DNA of 64,000 nucleotides from Enoplolaimus lenunculus (GCA_030248215.1 JASANG010003525.1:248001-312000); one strand, 5' to 3'. Positions 39,106 to 56,713 are shown, numbered from the stretch's first letter. Notes: generated from the sequence alone by a model not told the origin. Made by a program: numbers and translations.

Positions 39106-40033
39106 CAAACTTGCATAGATTAAATAAAAAATACTGCAACACCATCGCATTAATAACCAAATATACTAACTGCGCTACTGAACATTGTCCCTTTTTAAAA
39201 ATCACATTTAAATAATTAAACAAACACTAACCACTCGCAAAAAATTAACCTAAATTTTTGCGATTTTAAAATATAATAATTCTGCAGATTGTGCTAATTT
39301 TGGAACGATACTCACTCTAGAAACGTAATAAAAGCAACCATTAAAAACTAACAAACCTACACTGTTCTCATTCTGTGTTTTACTGGTTTGTCTCAAATAT
39401 TTGAATTGGTAGGAAATAAAGTGACAAAAATCCTACTAAAAGCTGGAAACACTGTGACTTCTGCGTCCTCTATGCAGTCGGCGCTGTCTTGTATTCGATT
39501 TTGATTAATTAATCACAATACGATTTGAGAAACTATTGGCAAGTTTTACTGTGATACAAAATGATGATAAGAGAAAACAGGAGAAAAACGATGTCATCTG
39601 ATATGTTATGTATTTATTGTTTTACGAAATCAACAACTGTATTTAAAAAATGACACAGTTTGTTTAACTTAAAAACGTACAAAACATTGGTTTTAAAAAT
39701 TACAACAGTCAATTTAAATTAGTGAAAATACCAATCATGATAACTTGTTACGTCGGGTAAACTGGCAGTAAATTGAAAGTATTACTAAATCGGGTTAAAC
39801 ACCACCTGACACTTTGTTACTGTTTCAATGACATGCTGGTAATTTTACTTTTTTTTGAATACTTTATTCATAAAAATCTCCTACCTACCCAAAAAGGGCG
39901 TAATCATAAGTATAAAATAGCGTAACCAGGTCTGAAAATGCATCCATTTTGCCAGAGTTGGAAACGAAGCAAAATTAAATATATAAATACATGTAATCAT
40001 AGCTAATTTTAACCATAATTCATTAGCGCTGTC

Positions 40034-40187
40034 GTATAATGTAAAGAACAGGGGCGGAACAGTATTATAAGCACATTTCTAAGCCTAAGCCTAAGCCTAA
40101 GTCAAGAAAAAAATGAGTTTAAAGCGTAAGCTTATTTGTATTCTAGTAACACAGGAAAACGTTCCGCCCCTGATCTCTGCATGGACC
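40034..40187. mobile_element. Telomere-repeat-bearing MITE
   Basis: Perfect TSD GCGCTGTC (40026-40033 and 40188-40195); (GCCTAA)3 inside. Confidence 0.88.
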
Positions 40188-41197
40188 GCGCTGTCAAAAA
40201 CATCTAGGTAGCGTGAGTCTAGCAAATTATATATTTAATGATTGCCTAAACGAAATAAATAAAAGCGTGAAACAACAGAAATTGTTTAGTACGAAAAATT
40301 TTCTGTCAAAATTCCAGTAACATCCGGCAAAAAATCTACCGATGCTGATCGCTTACTTTCCCTCCATCTTATAGATGAGCACCGGATATCCGGATAAATA
40401 TCCGGCCGAAATTGACGGATATTCCCGGATATACAAAAACATCCGGTTCCCATCACTGCTTTTGCTGCGCCGTTTCAAAATGATGCAGCGATCGCAACTG
40501 CGAGTACAAAGAACTGATGATACAGGCCTCAAAGCTGTATTATACATCCCGGAAGCGGAAAGCGTTGAAGAAAAACAAAACGCATCTTCGAGTGAGCATA
40601 GGCAAAGGAAAACATCCGTTCACCCTTTAAGAGCTGAAACTTAGTTCTACTGCGTACACTGGCAGTAAGTTTCGCTGTCCCTTTATTCTAAAAGAGTACA
40701 AGTAGTAATAACCCGGCCCTGCGGCAGGGGTATTACTGCAGATACAATATTTTGGGCCCATGTAAAGATAAGGGGGGAACGTTTTCCGGGGGGGGGGGGC
40801 TAGAATAGGGTAAGCTTAAGCTTTTGACTAATTTTTTGCTTGGCTTAGGCTTAGGCTTAGGAATAACTCGTTTTTGTATAGTTCGTGAAGTTTTGACTAT
40901 AAATCAATTTCTATACATTGGCATGATACAAATCTATAAAAACAGAACAATGTATTAGTCACTTTCGACTAAGACGCATAGTTGAAGAAAGTAATAAATG
41001 GATTATTAATGTATAATAAAATGTATTATTTTTATGAAAATAATGAAATAACAAGTAAAGATAAACTTTTCGAAACAAAAAGAGAAAGTTTATACTTCAA
41101 TTTCACAATTTCTCAAATTTGGGTCAAACAGCGAAAATCATTCATTAATCCAAAGCGGAACTATAACTTGATAAACAGGAGCTATATATAATATATA

Positions 41198-41315
41198 CTG
41201 GTACATGTAGTTGCACACATGTGCAACTGGACTAAGGCTTGCGTCACGTAAACAAAAATCTGTTGGAACGCTGCTCAAAATACGTATGTGGGACGTTTCA
41301 TCTTTAATATATAGA
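41198..41315 (-). mobile_element. Mini Helitron-like element
   Basis: The minus strand starts A|TCTATATATTAAA and ends with hairpin AGTTGCACATGTGTGCAACT then CCAG|T. Confidence 0.45.
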
Positions 41316-42761
41316 TTATCTATAATATATACATATAATGGAATTACAATGTAATAGAGAACAATGCCCTCGAAATAGGCAGGGCAAAACAGGTTTGCTT
41401 CAATTATGTTTCACCTATAAATATGTAAAAACTCCAAAGCACGTTTTCTTTGGGCATTTATTAGGAATTTTGAATTACTTTGGAGGCCAAATTTCAATAT
41501 TCTGAATGAAACAACGAAGAAGTACATACTGCACAGAGACTTAGACTGAGGGGGTACTTCGGGTGGGCATCGCCTTCTCCCCTGAGCTGAGTGAGTACTT
41601 GACGCCATACGCATCGTTACAAACTTTGTTTTAAAATTTCATGTAAAATGTGACTGGTCACTTGGTCGCTTTGTTCCCAAGTTTCTTTATACGACGCCTT
41701 CATGCGAAATTACTCGTACTCAACCTCGCCCTGAGCAACTCCTGGATGGGCCACTGACTGCACAAAAATGTGATGTTTACGTCTCAAAATTTTGCTATGA
41801 CCCCACTCAATTACCCTAGAGTCCCATCCCGATAAATAAATGTATAGGTGCAAGCCGCCCTACAGTCCGATCGGCATATCAGCCAGCAAAAATGTATATG
41901 GCAGCAAAATGTTTGCCAGAAATGTTTAGTAGTAAACAGAATTACCTAGTCATTTAAAAATTTGCTTGTCTCCCAATACAGTACTGAAACATTAGAATAG
42001 GTCACCAATACTGTCTTACCATGAGGCAGGTGGTTACCGTTAACGCTTGAACAGCTCGAGGCTCAAGCTTAAAGAGCTTTCGCCTTACTTTACAACCGGT
42101 AGTATATATCCGGCTCCGCGTATAGAAAAACGACCTCTGCGGTTCCGGCGCCGGTAAAGGTTTTGGACAATATTTGAACACTTAAAACTACCGAGAGTTC
42201 TTGAAAAGGATGTTTAAAATTAAGATTTTAACAGCACTTCGCGCAGTAGCGTTAACTTAGCAAATTTAACATACTTTTATTAGTTAAAATTGGTTCATCT
42301 CCGGCGCTGGTTCCGTCAAAGGTTGCTGATCACCAGCTTCGGCTGAATTGCATTTATAGTTACTATATATGTTAGCACCGGATATCCGGATATCTGGGTA
42401 TGAAAAATGTCCGGATATGTATCCGAAAAGAAACGTGTATCCGGATATTTGAAACGCTATTGTGTAAAAATTTTTATGGAATAATTTGCATTGCTTCACC
42501 ATTAAAGTAGCTGAACCTGACGAAAACAAATTCTGTATGCAAACCTGAGTTTATTGAACCACATTCCTGCATAATTCCATTATGATTTAAATTTTTGATT
42601 TTATAACACATGCCAAAATTAAAAAAATCAATTTAGCTTTATATATTTTACCGGACTAGTGAATTCGTATTTTTAAATTATGTCAAAATTATCTTCGTGA
42701 AAATTTTTCATCGAATATGCACCGTCAAGTACTAAATTTATTACCTTTGCAAGAAACAAAA

Positions 42762-43097
42762 TCTACTTATATACAATATACCTAGACGCGCCGCGAGACT
42801 GGGCGTCATTTTGAATTCTGATTGCTCTTGGTTTAATAAGACGCAAAGTCTAACTGACCATGACGCCAATTAGTAAAAGGCTAGCATGCAAATCTGGCAA
42901 TCTGTAAAGAGCACATTTGAACTTTACATGACACAGAACCCATTCGCTCGTAACTTTTGAATTCAAACTCACCAGGAAAGCGACTTTCTTCTCATACACC
43001 AAAACAGTCCAAAAGTGCTTTATCAGCGATTCTAGCTGTCTCAATTAAATGAACAGTTTAATGTGGTGTTGAGGGGCGACAACCCCATCCTGCTTAG
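42762..43097 (+). mobile_element. Non-autonomous Helitron-like element; inverted copy at ~59353-59575, fragment at ~44485-44565
   Basis: 5' A|TCTACTTATATA; 3' hairpin GGGGCGACAACCCC then CTTAG|T; three dispersed copies of the body. Confidence 0.6.
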
Positions 43098-43733
43098 TGT
43101 CCTTTCAAAATGCGGAAGGTTCAAAGCCGCAGCCTTCCCTGAGACAAAAAGCACAAAATTAATTCAAAATGTTACAGAAAAATTTCATTCTACATTTGTG
43201 TCGCGAAATTAATAGCAAATCAGGTGTAGGATACCACATTACAAATATGATACAACTTTAATCGACATTGTATTTTCTGAAGACATAGTCTATTCATAAA
43301 CTTGCTGTTTAGCCCTGTTCTGTTGCAAAAAAAACTTAATATCCGAGTATTTCTTTCAATGTTGTTGGGATGCTCGATACCAAAATTTTTGCAAATGCCG
43401 AGCAGTAGTGGATCCAGAAATTTCTGGTGGGGGGATGCACAAATGGAAAATGTTGAGTTTTGGCACAGTTCATATATATTTTTACGCATATAAAAACAGC
43501 CACAAATCACACGCCTGGCCCATGCAAAGAACTGGTCCCTACCAATTTCCTGATATACCAATTTCCCAAAATCTTAATTTCCCGGGTAATGTCCCAAATT
43601 CCCAAAAGCTTAGGCTAATCAGAAGTTTAGGTTTGGATTCAGGTTTAGGCTTAAGCCTGAGCCTACGTTTTATGCTAAAGTTTTAAGTGTAGGCTTAGGT
43701 TTGCGCATAGGCTAGATTGTCCATAGGCAAATG

Positions 43734-43910
43734 GGCCCATGTTACTTTGAGAGGCGTCCAGGTTTCTGTTGGGTCTATAAAAGAGTAGGTTTAGATTCTA
43801 GATTACATTTTTTGCTTAGGCTCAGGCTTAGACTTAGGAACTAATTTTTGTAACGCTTAGGCTCAGGAATACGCTTAATCTACTGTTACGCCCCTCAAAG
43901 TACATTGGCC
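43734..43910. mobile_element. Telomere-repeat-bearing MITE, variant subfamily (related copy ~62358-62515, fragment ~17275-17359)
   Basis: GGCCCATGT...ACATTGGCC termini; perfect TSD GGCAAATG. Confidence 0.85.
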
Positions 43911-46290
43911 GGCAAATGGATGCAGGGGTGCAGCCCCTCTGTAACCAAATTGGCACTTTTTATTGCCCCACTCTTAAAACTCATTTATAATCTTGCTGTT
44001 TCGATTCCTATTCCGGTACAAGTTTGTAGGATCCCATCTCGCTGTATTGTTTGTATAGGTCAAGTTGAAGTCACTCTAAGACAGACCTACCACGTAGTTT
44101 CCGGATTTCACTGTGATTTCAATTTCCCTGTTCCCATTTCAATTGTAAGCGTCTAAAGGGAAACTGGACAATAGTGTTGACCCTTCATTTCCAACTACAG
44201 TTTTCGGGCCATTTCAATTTCGTCTTTAGTACAAAATCTCTGATTAATTTACCAAACTGTTTTAAAACCTGTTTCAATTTCCCATTGATACAATTTTTAA
44301 AATCGCTACTAGTAATTTGTAACGCAAAATTCTGTTTCCAATTCCAAATATGGTTTATAAAATGTCTCAATTTACCACTCGACATATTTTAATTTTCTCA
44401 ATTTCTCGTTGCTAGCATTTCGCAAAACCGTACTTGGAAAAATGCGTGTCTAATTTCAACTCGGCGGGCGCAAGATAAAGTGGATGACGCATAACTTTCG
44501 AATTCAAACCCCACGAAAGCGACCTTCTTCTCATACACAGTCCAAAAGTATATACTTTATCACCGATGAAAATGGGAAAACTGCAAATCAAATTCTTTTC
44601 AGATTGTACAAAATTTGTTAGATCGGGGGAGTGGAAAAGATTTTCGTAGTTGGGGTTACGCCATCTGTCACTCCCCTCTGTACACCTGCGACCTTGGCAC
44701 CCACAGCTGACTTGCATGTCGCTGCATTTTAATACCTGTTATAACTGCAAATTTTTTTCGTTCAAAACACGAGTAGAGTTGAAAATTCCTGAACGAGGGG
44801 ATGCAGAATATATCGAAAATCAATTTTAATCACAATGTGTTGTTAGAGTCTATCTGGGAGTGGGGAACCAACCAAATTTGGGGGGAATGGCCACCGATTC
44901 TCCCCCGTGTGAATGATTTTACAATGCTTTTTTTGGGAAACGGAAAAATTGGAGAGCTAAAGGGGCAGCAATATAATTTGTTGAGATTGATTTTGCTTCC
45001 CCCCCCCGCATCTGGAAACTACGCAGGATGGGCCTCTCACTAAGCCATCTTTCTAAAATCTTCGCGTATGCACAAACAGGAGTAGCAAATACTTCTGTTC
45101 GGCACCTATGCTGCCCAGCGAGAAAACAGGACGCTTGATCTCCGACTCCGGTATGCCTCACCCCCGTTTACACCCTGCTACACCCTTTCACGCGCACACC
45201 GACAGTTAGCGAAAACGAACACAAGGCTTCTCTTTTAGAAAACAAACACGAAACCGCTCAAAGACACAATCAGTCATTTTACTAAAGAAAGTCAAATAAC
45301 AAATTGAACATTTAACAATAACTGGCGTTGGGTATGGCATCCACAAAAGAGTACAACTGGAACTCTGCCTGAGGCTCTGACAAAATCGACATACGGATTC
45401 GGTACAATATTTGCCTCAGGTTCCAGCTATTTCAGTAATTATTTTTGCGTATTTTTATAGTTTGCCGTTCAACAAGCTGATTTCTAACTGCAGTGATTTT
45501 GAAAGCTTGAATTGCCACTATTCAATAAAAGGAAAAGCTTATGAACGATTTGTGATAAGCCGGCAAATTAAAATTGCAAGTGCAACATTATTCTTATGAC
45601 TTAAATTTAGCACCAATCGCTGCGAACTACCAATAAAACACATATTTTTAACAAAATAGAATTCTTCAACACCTAAAACACTATGAAAATTGTTAACCAA
45701 GATGATAAAAATTTTGAAAATAAGTTTTACAATTTCATTATACCAATAACATGCGCGGCAACAATAAATAAGGCGAGGAAAACGATGTTAGGTTTATAGA
45801 AAGCACTGTGGTTTCATTATTACAACCGCACCAGATATAAACCCTGACAATGTTCAGATCTTTAGCACAAATCAAACGAATCATCGACATGAAATCAAGA
45901 AATACAACTGCACCTTCATCCAAATTAATTTAATCAGCTCCATTATTACAAGAGCAGTGCAATTTAAAACAAGCTTTCGTACAGTCTCACTTAAAAAGCA
46001 TTATAGCATTGGTGGTTAAACATTTAGTGACATGATTCGAATTTTTACATAACTGTTTCCATATACTAATTTATTTACGCAAAACGCAGGTAAATACAAT
46101 TTTCGAAATGTTATTCAATTGAACGTTTAACTTAATGGAGGTTACTGCCAATAGGAACCAACAAATCGCATCCTGTACCAACCAACGCGGTTGAGCTACT
46201 CTTATTTCAAGCGTATTAATAGTTACTATTGTTTTAAATTATAAAAAGTACAATCAATCGAACTCGATTTACTTTCTAAATTAATACAAA

Positions 46291-49200
46291 TCACTGAGCC
46301 GCATCACCATCCGCAGCTGGTTCGCCTCCTTCTTCTGGTTCCGGTGGATCCGGGACATCCGATGTCCAGAGCTGAAAATTTATACACACTACGCACATCA
46401 ACATACAGACAATATTTGTGTATAGAGTTTAGGCTTGCAGAAACCCCTATCATCAAGTCCATACATGATATTTAGACGCTGTTCAAAGTATGTAGACACT
46501 AATGAACATATTTCTGCTCATGACACAACATTCTACTTAAAATTAAAATGTCTGTTTTTGAAAAATCGCGGCTTCTGCGCTTGCGAGCAAACTTTCAACT
46601 AAAATGACGAAACTACACATTTTCGAAGCTATACCCAAAATGTAACATATTAATTGGATGTACGTAAATACTTGTCAAAAACTAGATCTCCCAATACCCG
46701 AAAAACCATTTTGTTCAATTAGAAACTTTGACCAAGAACAGAAAATGAACTTGCATAATTGTTTGAAGGACATTTCCGATCGTTGCAATACCTTCAGGAC
46801 AGGGTGCAACCGGAATTCCGGTTCCGGCATTTTTTCTCCTTCCGGTTCCGGTAAATTTTTACCGGATTTAAAAATTCCGGTGTTAAAATTTGGCCGTTTT
46901 CTTAACTTTGCTAATTTTTAAGAATCTCTTTTGAAAGCCACTTATACTCCAAATATAAGCCAATGATGGTGGATTTCACTTCAGTCGACGACGAAAATCT
47001 AAAATACAACAAATAAAATAAATACCTATGTTCGACTAAGGTTGTTTCACAAATAATAGAGCAAAAAAATAAGATTAAAATGAAATTTTTGGTGAAATGC
47101 ATTTTTCACTTTCCGGTTCCGGTAAAATTTTCAAATTCCGGTTCCGGTAAATTGTAATACCGGTTTCACCCTGCTTCAGGGTATAAGGGTCAGTGCATCA
47201 CCAAAATGCATCACCTGAATAGCTGAATGAACAGGCACTGCAAATTTGTAAAAAACGTTAAAACTCTAACCGTTAAGTTATCTCTTAGCAGTTGCATAAT
47301 GAGCGTGCTATCTTTGTACGATTCATCATTTAGTGTGTCTAGCTCTTGAATCGCATCGTCAAAAGCCTTAAAAACACGTTACACTTCTAATTGCACATAA
47401 AACAGTTGTAAACGTTATATCTTCTCTTTGAACAAACTTGTTCGAGCACACCCGCCAGATCTTAGCCTATATTTTTACCAGATCTACGTCTCGGAATGAG
47501 TAGGATTTCATATCGAGACAAAAATTCCGAAACCAAGTAAACAGCTAATTTTTGTAATTATTTCATCAATCAATGAAAATATTCAGTAAATTTACCTGCT
47601 TGGGTCCTTATTCTCAACTAAAACTAGCAATAAATTATTCGTTACGACAGGCTAATTCGCTTATGGCTCAAAAATAACCCACTACACACCCTGGTGGATC
47701 GGAAATTCCGAATCTCAGTAATAATGCCAGACAAACAAATTATTATGTACAGTGGCGATGCCTCGGGGCCTGACCCAGGCTAACACGATACTTACCAGGA
47801 CCTATCTGGGACCACTTTTTATAGACAATCTGTATGCCTCGCATGAAAAACAATCCTATCACGACCGGTTCTCGTTTGAAAAATGTGAAAGTCACAAGTA
47901 AGAAATTACTATACAACCTATTTATATTTTTTCAGGGTTTGCTGCACACACTACACATATTTTCCGCTGTTACGTGTTAGGCACCAACCCCAATTCGGTA
48001 AAAAAACGTTTATTCCCATTGACCAACTCAATCAATATGTCTGCAACTACACAACACTGTACGTCGAAACTAACGAGTTTGATGAATAACAACTTACTTC
48101 TTTAGCAATTTGGCATGCACGATTAGGTGAATTTAAGATTTCGTAGTAGAACACAGAAAAATTGAGCGCAAGCCCAAGACGAATTGGATGCGTTGGTTGC
48201 GTTTTCGACTTTGCAATATCGAAAGCTTCTTGATATGCAGTTTGTGAGTTGTCAACGATAGCTGAATAACGAAATCCCAAAATAAAAGAGAATTTATTCC
48301 GAATGTGACAAACGATCTGCAAAGATATTTTCTCACACTAAAGAAACCAATTTCTGAAAAGTATTATACGTATAAGTGTGGTAAAAACCAAGGTCACGTG
48401 CTCGAAAAAATTTAGTTTGACGTATTTGACTGGATCTAAGTCTAATGCCGCACATATTTACCTCTCTAAGAAAAGTTTTAACGATATCGACTAAACAGCA
48501 CAACATCGTTTAATGGATAAATTTTTTTACAACATAAAACAAACTCCGGAACCCAAATTGTATAAAGACGATATATACTACGAAACAATTATACTGATAA
48601 CATACAAAACAAAACCCCACAATTAACTAGTAAACCGAGAATCTATGAATTATTGGACCTCAACAGATTAATGCCTGTTAAACTTACAGGTGCGGTTATC
48701 ACCAGTCGCTACTTCAGCCAAATATCTGTAATAATCGCCCTTCATTTTCAAGTAAAATATTTTGCTTTCAGGATTACCCGCCTTTGGGATTAAATATCTG
48801 TCAAGCAAGCCCTATAATAAATTTACCAAATTAGATATACTTTAAGCTCAAAGTAGACACTAGCAAACTTTAAACTAAGATAGACTACCATCATTCCTTT
48901 CTGGAAAACATCGAAATAGCAACGTGCGTAGCTATATATACTAACAGGTTATATGAGCTAAGGATGTACCGATACTGAAATTGTTGCCGATACCGATTCT
49001 TATTTTGCACATACTGATGCCAATCAGTATATGACGCTTAAAAGCCGAATTAATAGGAATAGTACTTTGCAGAATGCAACCGAAATTCCGATTCCAACTA
49101 GAATTCCGTTTCAAAAGAGTTCCAATTCCGATTGCACAATGAATCGGAAACGGAATTTTGACATTATAATTTTAGACTTACTTATTGTGATGTATTGCAT

Positions 49201-51186
49201 AATAATTCTGCAACATTATACTGGTTCTATAATTACCTGCATAAGATTCAGCTTGGTAGTCAAAATTCGTTTTTGGAATCGGATTCGGCAAAACCGAAAT
49301 TTGCTCGTATTTGGAATCGATGAAATAGTGGGTTTGTGCCACTTTTCGGTGACGACATTAGGCTAATGGGAGGGAAACGGCAACACCTGACCTAAGTCAG
49401 ATGCACCCAAACACATTCTATTTGATTTATATAGACGCACATATATACTCCCTAACACAAAATACTTACTACACTACTTACTAGCACTTCGTTGCAAACA
49501 TTTTGGAGTTCAGTTTCAACCTTAAGTCTGTATTCTTTCGCCAGTTCTTGCTGTTTGTCTTTTGTGTTTTGCTCAATTGACGAAATGACGCGCCAAGAGC
49601 TGCGACGCGCGCCAACTACGTTTTTATAAGCGACGGACATTAAATTTCTGAAATACGGAGCACTGGAGGCTGTTTTATACACAATCCATAATTGACTGGC
49701 ATAAAAACAATCCTATCGCGCTCAGTTCTCATTTTAAAAGTGTCAAAATAACAAGAAATTACTGTACACGGAATTTTTTATTTTCCCAGGGTTTGCTGTA
49801 CACACTACACAACAATTTAGAGTTCATCCGGCTGCGGTTTTCTTCATTGCTGGATATGAACTGCTTTTCCAGCTGCGTATTCAATTATAGGTAAATAACA
49901 TATATAGGTAGCCACCTGAATTCTGTTGTGATGCCTACCTAGTTTATTAGCTTTCCGCTTATCGGTGGGGAGTAGAAAAGCAAGCAAATCATGTTAAACA
50001 GAGACCGAAGACACAAGCAGGTGAGCTATGTGACATGCAGTTGCATGCAGGCAAAATGAAACCTCATGCTAATGCTGCACATCGGTAAAACGTTGATACA
50101 TACGTAGTGCCTTCATATGCAAATGCGGTAAAAGCATGGAAGAAGGTTCTTAAAAAGCATAAAAACAGGAAAACTAGCAGTTGATTGTGAGGCGGCGTGG
50201 TTTAGCGGTTAGCGCGCTGGATTGATAATCTGTCGACCGAGTTCGAAACCTACTGGGAACGTGCCTCATTTTCATTGCTAACTCAGAACTAAAAAACCGT
50301 CGTACCTTAGCCTACCCAACTTATCACATGGTGACCACGATGGGACCGCAATGGCAAACTGCCACGGTAGAACCAAAAATACATAAGTTGGCAGTCAAGG
50401 GACGACCTTATAGAAAAACCGGGGGATGTGACATGCGGATGCGTGGAGGCAAAATGAAACCTCATGCTAATGCTGCACATCGGTAAAACGTTAATGCATA
50501 TGCAGTGCCTTCTTATGCAAAAGCATGGAAGAACCAAGATACATGTGTATAATGTTGAGGTTCGTATAAAATATAAAACCAGGAAAACTAAGCAGTTGAT
50601 TGTGAGGCGGCGTGGGGCAGTGGCTAGCGCACTGGACTGATAAGCTGTCGACCGAGTAATAACCTCATGCTGATGCTGCACATCGGTAAAATCGCTGCTG
50701 CATATGTAGTGCCTTTATATGCAGGAGCAGTGAAAAACATGGAAGAACCAAGATGCATGTGCATAATGTTGAGGTTCTTATAAGGCATAAAGCAGAAAAA
50801 CTCAGCAGTCGATGGTGAGGCGGCGTGGCTTAGGGGATAGCGCGCTGGACTGATAATCTGTCGACCGAGTTCGAAACCTCCTGGGAACGTGCCTCATTTT
50901 CAGCTGCTAACTCAGAACTAAAAAACGTCGTACCCAGCCTATCCAACTCATCACACGTCCCTCATTTTCAGCTGCTGAGCACTCAGAATTAAAAAGCGTC
51001 GTACCCTAGCCTACCAAACTTATCACAAGCTAAAATAAATTGCAAATAGTGAACAGTTCACCTTTCTTCGTTACTGAGTTCCGTATCACCTTCGGTGACT
51101 TTTTTCATAGATTCTGCCATGTCGTCATAACGGTCAGCTTGTTCAGCAAATTTGGCTCGTTGAACCAATTTCTCACGATCAGACAT
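46291..51186 (-). CDS. 14-3-3 protein (zeta/FTT-2/PAR-5-like), paralog A, 251 aa
   Basis: 6 exons (minus): 51186-51062, 49647-49482, 48811-48688, 48261-48098, 47366-47271, 46371-46291 (TGA). Motifs [81 protein letters not shown] acceptor 2 nt upstream of the ATG. Confidence 0.96.
46800..47173. mobile_element. hAT-like MITE in 14-3-3 A intron 5
   Basis: Same family as 9153-9544; TSD CTTCAGGA/CTTCAGGG. Confidence 0.9.
50028..51027 (+). repeat. Tandem array of tRNA-headed (SINE-like), highly structured ~415-bp units in intron 1 of 14-3-3 A
   Basis: tRNA-like heads GGCGGCGTGG.. at 50191, 50606 and 50819, with A-box (TGGTTTAGCGG) and B-box (GTTCGAAAC; lost in the middle copy). The block AACCTCATGCT[AG]ATGCTGCACATCGGTAAAA recurs at ~50060, 50458 and 50661; a partial 3' block is duplicated at 50956-51027. 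Confidence 0.8.
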
Positions 51187-52404
51187 CACTGAAATTTTAG
51201 ATATTATTTTTGGCCAACTATTTGTATGTAAAAACTACGCAACAGTAACTAAATTTTATATCACTGAAATTAAACCACAAAATAAAATACTCTGACCTTG
51301 TTTGGAACGCCAGAATTCTTAGCAAAACCATGGCAGGAAACATAGAAAACATGTAACCTGCTGCATAGCGTTGAAATCTGGTTGATGTATAGGCTCAAAT
51401 TCAACGCCAAATACCCCTGGGAATAGCACTAGCAAAGTATCTACGACAGAACGCGCCAATCACACCAAAATCTTTATGTTCGAAATGACGTTCGTGTGGT
51501 GGCTCTGCATGTAAGTGTACGGCAGACATACACTAAAGACAAAAATTATAACATGTGGAACTGTGGAAAATTAACTTGTTTGAATAAGATTGAATGCATA
51601 CATTGGTTAAACTTGGCCCTAATACTTCACATTTTAATGATTGAAGTGAAATTTTACATTTCTGATATTTTTGGAACACAATTTTCTTATACTAGCTAAC
51701 ATAACGGTCTTCGTTTTCATTCTTATTTATGTATAGGTTGCCTAGCCTGTTTAAATTTTTAATTTAGTTTCCGGATTACTTAATCTTTCAAAGTTGTTTA
51801 TAAAATGTTATCAGTTTTAGCGTACATAGCTAGTAATTTTTAAAACACTTGTTCTGTTTTGTTTTAATTAGGTACCTTAGTCACTCGGGTAAGAACAACA
51901 GCATATTGCGTCAAATGTCAGGGTCAAGGTTAAGCTTTTGCCTTTGTCTTCGTCTCGCTACGTCGCGGTTTTCAGCTGGTATTGGGCTCACTTTTGTTAA
52001 ATCTCAAGCTTTCCGCCTCATGAAAGTTTTGTTTTGTTTCGTTTGTTGTTCGTAATGATATATGTAACTAATAACATATTTAGCACAATCTTAGAACTAC
52101 TGAATTGTTGCCATACAGACTTCATTTATCAACAATAATAGTATGAAATAAATGGGGTACAGAGGTTGCGAACAAAGTCGCGTTCCTGTAAAATTTTTGA
52201 GACGCACAAATTTTTACATTGGTTAGTCGGATTCGGGGGTTTGCCCCTTGTCAAACTTCGCTTGCCATGTACGTATGGTTTATAATTATTTCTACGTAGC
52301 GTTTTCAGCAAAGTCGGTCATATACAAGTGTTAAACATACATTACTTTTATTATAAAAACATAAACTTTATTGCACAACTTGCGTGTTTGACAAATCTGA
52401 GATC
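51187..52404. promoter_or_regulatory. Shared divergent promoter/5'UTR region of the two 14-3-3 genes
   Basis: Only 1.2 kb separates the two divergent ATGs and it contains no recognisable MITE, unlike the flanks. Possible non-coding-exon donors at 51295-51296 (minus) and ~51929 (plus). Transcription starts cannot be seen from sequence. Confidence 0.6.

Positions 52405-56713
<4,309 letters not shown>

Noticed and set aside
41411..41760. Possible minus-strand exons with splice-like signals
   Set aside because: Stops in all frames of the upstream segment, an implied intron of only ~28 nt, and no recognisable protein.
50290..50330. Telomerase RNA template in a 14-3-3 intron
   Set aside because: TTAGCCTAC is not a full GCCTAA-repeat template, and it lies antisense to the host gene within a tandem repeat.
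50400..50780. Canonical hammerhead, twister or HDV-like ribozyme in the tandem unit
   Set aside because: GAAAC..GUH stem III is present, but CUGANGA plus stem II is not; CT[AG]ATGC is not a valid core; I could not build twister or HDV pseudoknots by eye.
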